From Myxococcota bacterium (GTDB lineage Bacteria; Myxococcota_A; SURF-8): DNA of 64,000 nucleotides. A program made the translations under genes and the position numbers. Positions 58,310 through 64,000 of this stretch are shown here, one piece after another. The stretch covers positions 2,272,001-2,336,000 of the forward strand of contig CAXXQS010000001.1 in the NCBI GenBank assembly GCA_963674735.2, given 5' to 3'. Below the pieces are notes generated by a model, which worked only from the letters and a program-made list of their open reading frames with translations, was not told the origin of the DNA and did no database searches. Position 1 is the first letter of the stretch. The number at the start of each line of letters is the position of its first letter.

Positions 58310-60595
58310 TTACTTTTTCTGCGGAGGCTCGGATTCGCCGTCCAGAGCTTCGCGCAAGGTGCGGGTGAGGCTTTTCAAACTAATCGGTTTGGCCACCCAC
58401 GAGATCGCACCTTCATCGATCAATTTCTTCATATGCTTACGTTGATTCGCCCCTGAAAACAGGATCGCTTTAACTTGTGGATTCAACGACTTAAGCAACT
58501 GAAACACCTTCGCGCCATCCATTTGCGGCATCCCGTAATCGATCATGACCAAGTTGATATCGTTTTGGAACATGGTATACAGCTTGAGTCCTTCTTCTCC
58601 GCCGGAAGCAACCAGCACCCGGTAGCCGAAGCGTGAAAGGCTGGTGAGCATCAGGTTTCGAATCACTTCCTCATCATCGATAATCAACACGGTCTCGGTT
58701 CCATGAACGGGGCCGCCGGGAACTTCCTCGATTCCCTCTGGCTCCGGCTCTTTTTCCACCTTCTCAGGCAAATAGACGGCCACCGTCGATCCGGCCTCCG
58801 GGTCCGACAGCACGAGCACCCGACCGCCCATTGTTCGAACGATGGCCTGCACCACCGAAAGTTTGAGATCGACCGGCTCGCCGTCGTGATGACCGCTGAA
58901 GTAGGGATTCAGTAGGAACTTCAGGCTCTCGGGATCGATCCCCCGACCGGTATCGGAGAGAAAAACGACCGCATAGCGCCCGGGTTCCAGTCCCTCAACA
59001 TGCAGATCGCTGCCTTCTTCCACCACGACGCGATCGGTTCTCAACGTCACCTGGCCATCGGTCATAGACTCATTGGCGTTAAGCCCCAGATTGACGATCA
59101 GCTGCTGCACCTGGGCCGGATCTCCCTGCACCATGATCTTTTTCGACGACACCCGCTGAACGAGCTGGATTTCCTTCTTGAAAGAATGACGCAGCAGTTT
59201 ACCGGCATAACGCGCAATGGTGCTGATATCGAACGGCTCGTTGAGCTTGGGTTTACGACGCGAAAACTGCAGCAATTGCTGAGTCAAGTCGGCCGCCCGC
59301 GAACAGGTTTCCTCAATCACATCGGCGTATTGAATCACCTGCTCGTTATCTTCTTCAACGGCGGCAATCAGGTTGGCGTAGCCCATGATGCCGGAGAGCA
59401 GGTTATTGAAATCGTGCGCGATTCCGCCTGCCAGGTTGCCGACGGCTTCCATGCGCTGCGCATTCATAAGATCTTCCTGAATGCGCTTTTGCTCGGTCAC
59501 GTCCATGGCCAGTTCCACGGTCAGATCCTGAAGCTGGTGAGCGCCTTCGATCTGTAAGTGGCTGAATGTATACTGACGATTGCGCCACTCCGCTTCAACC
59601 GGCCACGAGGCATCGGATTCGAGCAACTGTTTTTCGATATCCACCAAAGGTTGGTTGAGCGGGTCTTTCTCGGTCGCTTCTTTTACCGTGTGTCCGACCA
59701 ACTGGCCGAAAGCCTCTTTTGCTACAGCATTCTGATACGTTATCCGGCCGCTTTTCATCTTCACCGTAATGCCGATCGGCAGGCGATTCAGGATATGACT
59801 GTTGAAATTCTGGAGAAACGCGATTTCCTCTTCGCGATCCCGGATATGGCTGACATCCTGGATAACCAATGCGAGATTCGGTCCATCATGCAACTGGATT
59901 TCGGTCTGACGAATGGCAACATACAGCAGGCGACCGGTGCGGGTGATATGTGCCTCATGGCCGACATCGCTGGCTCGCCCGATCAGTTCTTCCGTTCTAT
60001 GCGTATCTCGTGGAGCCATTTCCGCCGGCACACGCAGATCGTCTAAATGCATTTCTCGGAATTCCTCGGAGGAATAACCGTAAGTATCACGCGCTTTCTT
60101 GTTTTCCTGACGAATCAACCCGGTTGCGGGGTCCACAATCAGAATCATGTCGTTTGATATCTTGAACAAAGCACGCAGAATCCATTCCCGTTCTCGATGG
60201 CGCTGAATCCTGAGCGTGGATGACATGGCACATTGCGAGATATGGGGAAGCACAATCTCCATATGTTCATCATCGGGAATATTTCCCAAAGCTCCGATAT
60301 CCAACAAGGTCTTCATCTGCGGGCTGGTTGTTTTCTCTGCAACCGCGATAAAAGGGACCCGCGAAGAGATCGCGGTCCAGGCGGCGAGGTTCTCTTCGAA
60401 AGACCGCTCGGCCAAGTGGAAATTGACTAGCACCACATCCGGCATCCGGGCTGCAATCTGTTTATGACCGGTGAGCATACTCTTCGCCCACCATGATTTC
60501 GACTGGGGAAAAGCCTGTTCGAGGATTTTGCGCATACGCCGCACCCGCGCGGAATTATCATCGATAATCAGAATATGTTGGATCGGATCGGACAT
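58310..60595 (-). CDS. Hybrid sensor kinase REC-PAS-PAS-HisKA-HATPase-REC
   Basis: ILIIDDN, AHDFNNLL, DTGRGI and C-terminal IDDE...IDYGMP...KP motifs. Confidence 0.9.
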   Translation of the reverse strand: MSDPIQHILIIDDNSARVRRMRKILEQAFPQSKSWWAKSMLTGHKQIAARMPDVVLVNFHLAERSFEENLAAWTAISSRVPFIAVAEKTTSPQMKTLLDIGALGNIPDDEHMEIVLPHISQCAMSSTLRIQRHREREWILRALFKISNDMILIVDPATGLIRQENKKARDTYGYSSEEFREMHLDDLRVPAEMAPRDTHRTEELIGRASDVGHEAHITRTGRLLYVAIRQTEIQLHDGPNLALVIQDVSHIRDREEEIAFLQNFNSHILNRLPIGITVKMKSGRITYQNAVAKEAFGQLVGHTVKEATEKDPLNQPLVDIEKQLLESDASWPVEAEWRNRQYTFSHLQIEGAHQLQDLTVELAMDVTEQKRIQEDLMNAQRMEAVGNLAGGIAHDFNNLLSGIMGYANLIAAVEEDNEQVIQYADVIEETCSRAADLTQQLLQFSRRKPKLNEPFDISTIARYAGKLLRHSFKKEIQLVQRVSSKKIMVQGDPAQVQQLIVNLGLNANESMTDGQVTLRTDRVVVEEGSDLHVEGLEPGRYAVVFLSDTGRGIDPESLKFLLNPYFSGHHDGEPVDLKLSVVQAIVRTMGGRVLVLSDPEAGSTVAVYLPEKVEKEPEPEGIEEVPGGPVHGTETVLIIDDEEVIRNLMLTSLSRFGYRVLVASGGEEGLKLYTMFQNDINLVMIDYGMPQMDGAKVFQLLKSLNPQVKAILFSGANQRKHMKKLIDEGAISWVAKPISLKSLTRTLREALDGESEPPQKK

Positions 60596-60820
60596 GTTAC
60601 TTCATTAAACCCCGAAAGTTTTAAACTTCGAAGCGCAAGTGTACAAAATGCAGTCACAGTGAGCAAGCATTTTCACGTCACTCGCTTTTCCCCTTTTAGT
60701 TGACCACGCCCGACAGTCCAAGTAAGCTTAGATGAGTATTCAACCCGGATGGAGGGAAACGGGACGAAACGCCCCTAAACAGCAAATGGCGATTCGTCCA
60801 GCTTAAAAGGAGTTTCGATC

Positions 60821-63445
60821 ATGTCGCGCATCCTACGTTCGTTTGCGTCTGTTCTCATCATCGCGATGATCCTGTGGGGGTTACCGGCCTGCGGCGGCTC
60901 GGATGACACTCCGGATGGCGATGCGGGTCCGTCCGACGGCGATACCCCTGATGGTGATGATCCTGACGGTGACGACCCCGACGGTGATGATCCCGATGGT
61001 GACCCAGATGACGACACGGACGGCGACACCGACGGCGACACCGACGACGATACGGATGGCGACACCGACGGCGATACCGACGGCGATACCGACGGCGACA
61101 CCGACGGCGATGCCGACGGCGATACGGACGGCGATACGGACGGCGATACGGACGGCGATACGGACGGCGATACGGATGGCGATACCGATGGCGACACGGA
61201 CGGCGATACCGACGGTGACACGGACGGCGATACCGACGGTGACACCGACGGTGACACCGAGGATGATACACCGGTTGTCTGCACGCCCGATTACGTGCTG
61301 GAAAGCGGCGACCTGCCCTACAGCGCCAATCACTCCAATAACGGAAACAGCAATCGGATAGAAGGATCCTGTCTGGCCGAAACCTACCCCGGCGCAGATG
61401 TCATCTACGAAATCGACGTGAACGACGATCAGGCCCTGCAAGTCGTCGTCGACCCTCAGACGGCGCTCGATCTGGCGGTTTACATCGTGGACAGCTGCGG
61501 CCAGGCGGTTTGCCTGGAAGGGGCTGACAGCCAGACGGGCGGCGGTACGGAAACCTTGCGTTTCCGCCCCTTCGTCGACGGGACCTATTACGTGGTGGTC
61601 GACAGCCGCTCGGCCGTCGAAACCAGCCCTTACAGTATCGCGATCAGTTGGACGGATATCGGCAATGCCGCCCCCGGCGCGGTGTGCGTCTTCGATGCCG
61701 ATTGCAGCCCACAACTGGGCGCGGGACGCTGTATCGGCGAAGGCATCGGCGGTTTCCGTTTCTGTACCTCCACCTGCACCACCGGGGCGAATTGCACGGC
61801 TTTCGTCGACGGCTGCTGCCTCGACGAGGCACGTCTGGGAGAAAAAGCCTGCCATGTCTCGGCTTTTTGCGGCGGCGGCACCAGCAGTCCCGGCGGTATC
61901 TGCGCCACCCCGCTCATGCCCAACCAACGGAGCTGCGACGCCACTCAAGGCGCGGATGCCTGCTTGACCAACACCACCTCGCCTTACTGCACCAAGGTAT
62001 GCACGACCGAGGGTGACTGCGGCGATTTCAACAACGGCTGCTGCATCGCTGCACGAGACAGCGAGAGCATCTGCTTAAACGGCTCCGATTGTCCTCACGA
62101 CTGCGAAGAGGATGAAACGATCCTGCGCTATCAGCTTCCCAAAACCTATGCCAACAACCTGCGCGGTTACTCCAACAACGTCAACCCCTTCGGGTGTTTG
62201 CCGGGCGGTCTGCCGGGTGGCGATTACCTGTACAAACTCGGGCTGTTGGAGGGCGAGACCGTCCAGCTGAACCTCACCGGCAACAGCGGCTGGGATGCCG
62301 CTATTCTCGTGATGAGTGACGACGGCTGCGGCTGGACCGACACGGCTCAGGTCTGCTTGGCCACCGCCAACCAGGGCAACATCGGACAAGGCGAGCAACT
62401 CAGCTTCACCGCTCCGCTCGACGGCAACTATTTCATCGTGGTGGACAGCCCTTCCGAAGACCTGGAAGGCTCTTATTCACTTAACGTCCAGATCGCGCCC
62501 GAGGAAGAAACGGACGGCGATATGGACGACGAACTCGAACTGGTGGAGGATGACGCGGAAGACATGGAGAGCGACGACGACGCGGAAACGCTCGTCTGCA
62601 CGATCGACCATGTTTTGACACGCGGCGAACTCCCCGGAACCTTTAGCGATTCAACCCTGGGAGCCGGAAACGACGTCTTCGTGCATACCTGTCTGTCTCA
62701 AACTCCGGGCCAGGACGTGGTGTATAGTCTGCCGCTTCTGGCCGGGGATGAATTCTGGGCGGAACTCAATGCAACCGGCTGGGATCCGGCCCTGCTGCTT
62801 TACAGCGACTTCGCCGAGTCCTGCATCACGGGCGACTGCGTGGAGGCCTCCAACACCATCACCGGGCTGCCGGAAGTGATCGAAACCACCATCGCCGCCA
62901 ACGGCACCTACTACCTGATCGTGGACGCCGAACTGAGTGGGCAAGCCGGGGAGTTCACCCTCGATATCTCGGTCAGCGGGGCCATCGACGGCGACGTGGA
63001 CGGCGACGCGGATCAGTCCACCGCCTGCACGGCCGATTTCGACATCGGAACCCTAAGTGCCCTGCCCTATACCCGCGCCGGCAACACCACCAACGAAGGC
63101 AACGACCTCGACCTCGGCCAGAACCAAACCGAGTGCCCCAGTTGGTCCTACCAGGCCAACGATCAAATCTACGCCATCGAACTGACAACCGGTGACGCGA
63201 TTCAAGTCAGCTTAAGCGGCGTGGGCAGCGGTTACGATCCGGCGCTGGTTATCACCGATACCTGCGACCTGGAGGTGGATTGCGTGGGCGGCGTGGATGA
63301 CGGCGGGATGGGCGATAGCGAAAGCCTTACCTATACCGCCACGCAAAGCGGCACCGTCTTCATCGTCGTCGACTCGGCCGTCTCGGCGGGTTCGTCCAGT
63401 TCACAGGGGGCTTACACGCTGTCGGTGGTGGAAGTGACGCGCTAG
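60821..63445 (+). CDS. Lipoprotein: long DGDT tract, four PPC-like domains, Cys-rich repeats
   Basis: LPAC lipobox; repeated D.vY...D.AL...G.YY.VVD...G.Y.L units. Confidence 0.85.
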   Translation: MSRILRSFASVLIIAMILWGLPACGGSDDTPDGDAGPSDGDTPDGDDPDGDDPDGDDPDGDPDDDTDGDTDGDTDDDTDGDTDGDTDGDTDGDTDGDADGDTDGDTDGDTDGDTDGDTDGDTDGDTDGDTDGDTDGDTDGDTDGDTEDDTPVVCTPDYVLESGDLPYSANHSNNGNSNRIEGSCLAETYPGADVIYEIDVNDDQALQVVVDPQTALDLAVYIVDSCGQAVCLEGADSQTGGGTETLRFRPFVDGTYYVVVDSRSAVETSPYSIAISWTDIGNAAPGAVCVFDADCSPQLGAGRCIGEGIGGFRFCTSTCTTGANCTAFVDGCCLDEARLGEKACHVSAFCGGGTSSPGGICATPLMPNQRSCDATQGADACLTNTTSPYCTKVCTTEGDCGDFNNGCCIAARDSESICLNGSDCPHDCEEDETILRYQLPKTYANNLRGYSNNVNPFGCLPGGLPGGDYLYKLGLLEGETVQLNLTGNSGWDAAILVMSDDGCGWTDTAQVCLATANQGNIGQGEQLSFTAPLDGNYFIVVDSPSEDLEGSYSLNVQIAPEEETDGDMDDELELVEDDAEDMESDDDAETLVCTIDHVLTRGELPGTFSDSTLGAGNDVFVHTCLSQTPGQDVVYSLPLLAGDEFWAELNATGWDPALLLYSDFAESCITGDCVEASNTITGLPEVIETTIAANGTYYLIVDAELSGQAGEFTLDISVSGAIDGDVDGDADQSTACTADFDIGTLSALPYTRAGNTTNEGNDLDLGQNQTECPSWSYQANDQIYAIELTTGDAIQVSLSGVGSGYDPALVITDTCDLEVDCVGGVDDGGMGDSESLTYTATQSGTVFIVVDSAVSAGSSSSQGAYTLSVVEVTR
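60914..61260 (+). repeat. Coding minisatellite: 15-bp DGDDP units, then about 20 12-bp DGDT units
   Basis: GACGGCGATACG / GACGGCGACACC tandem units. Confidence 0.95.
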
Positions 63446-63460
63446 GTTTGAAGGAAAGAT

Positions 63461-63586
63461 GGGCAACAAGTTGCCCCTCCTACGGCTGGCTGCCTGTGAC
63501 AAATTCCGTTCGTCCCGAGTCGCGCAAGGCGCGTATCGAGGGAGCCCTGACCATACCGCAGGAGCGCGTCTCCCGACGGACTCCTG
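63461..63586. repeat. Two REP-like palindromes before an AT-rich segment
   Basis: Minus-strand GTAGGAGGGGCAACTTGTTGCCC (63461-63483) and plus-strand GCAGGAGCGCGTCTCCCGACGGACTCCTG (63558-63586). Confidence 0.7.
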
Positions 63587-64000
63587 TTACTCAGCAATGA
63601 ACGATATATGCTTATTCTATGGGTCTGACTATTCTGGGGTGGGTGGGTCTGGCGGAGATTCTTCCCAGCCATCGGGAACCCATTTTCCTTCAGCATCTTT
63701 TTGATATTTCCTGAATCCGGGTTCATGCACCAATGATTTTTACAGGTGTACGCTTTATTAACATCTTTCCACAATTGGCAATGGGGAAATAGTTTGGAAT
63801 TTTTATAGTCTTGATGGATAATAATAGGAATAAACAGCACTTGGTTGGGGCAGTATCGATGAAATCATTCATACGCTTATTAGTTCACGAGCGCGTAGTC
63901 TTCACTTTAATCCTTTTAAATTCTATTACCCTGTTTCTTAATGCTTTTGATTCCATCCAGGGTCGATTTTACAATGAATTATTCACAATCGATTACATCA

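Noticed and set aside
60914-61260. 12-bp tandem repeats as a non-coding array or iterons
   Set aside because: They encode the DGDT linker and vary mainly at third codon positions.
63442-63840. 132-aa minus-strand ORF as an intact gene
   Set aside because: It reads through the REP elements and has no motifs or clear RBS; more likely degraded cargo.

Overview
GC-rich bacterial chromosome segment. Gene content and the Cys-rich, VWA and PPC lipoproteins suggest a Myxococcota/deltaproteobacterium-like organism (inference). Most of it is housekeeping and metabolic: coaX, pntAAB, an acyl-CoA transferase-GNAT / ADP-forming acyl-CoA ligase / DRTGG operon, nadB, an M32 peptidase, argS, dacB, rocD, folC, secA and Hsp33. 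It also has three sensor kinases, a CHASE2 cyclase and several large lipoproteins with Asp-Gly-Asp repeat linkers. The accessory signal is a dispersed family of REP-like palindromes with a truncated RAYT transposase, plus two small AT-rich mini-islands. Each island is bounded by a long (43-48 bp) direct repeat with a REP hairpin abutting one repeat copy. The second island (50324-52256) carries a 121-nt tmRNA-like gene that keeps only the tRNA-like ends, followed by a coupled pair: a Cap15/S-2TM-beta-like membrane effector and a left-handed beta-helix acyltransferase. This is the best candidate for an undescribed system. All family assignments come from motifs recognised by eye, not from database searches.
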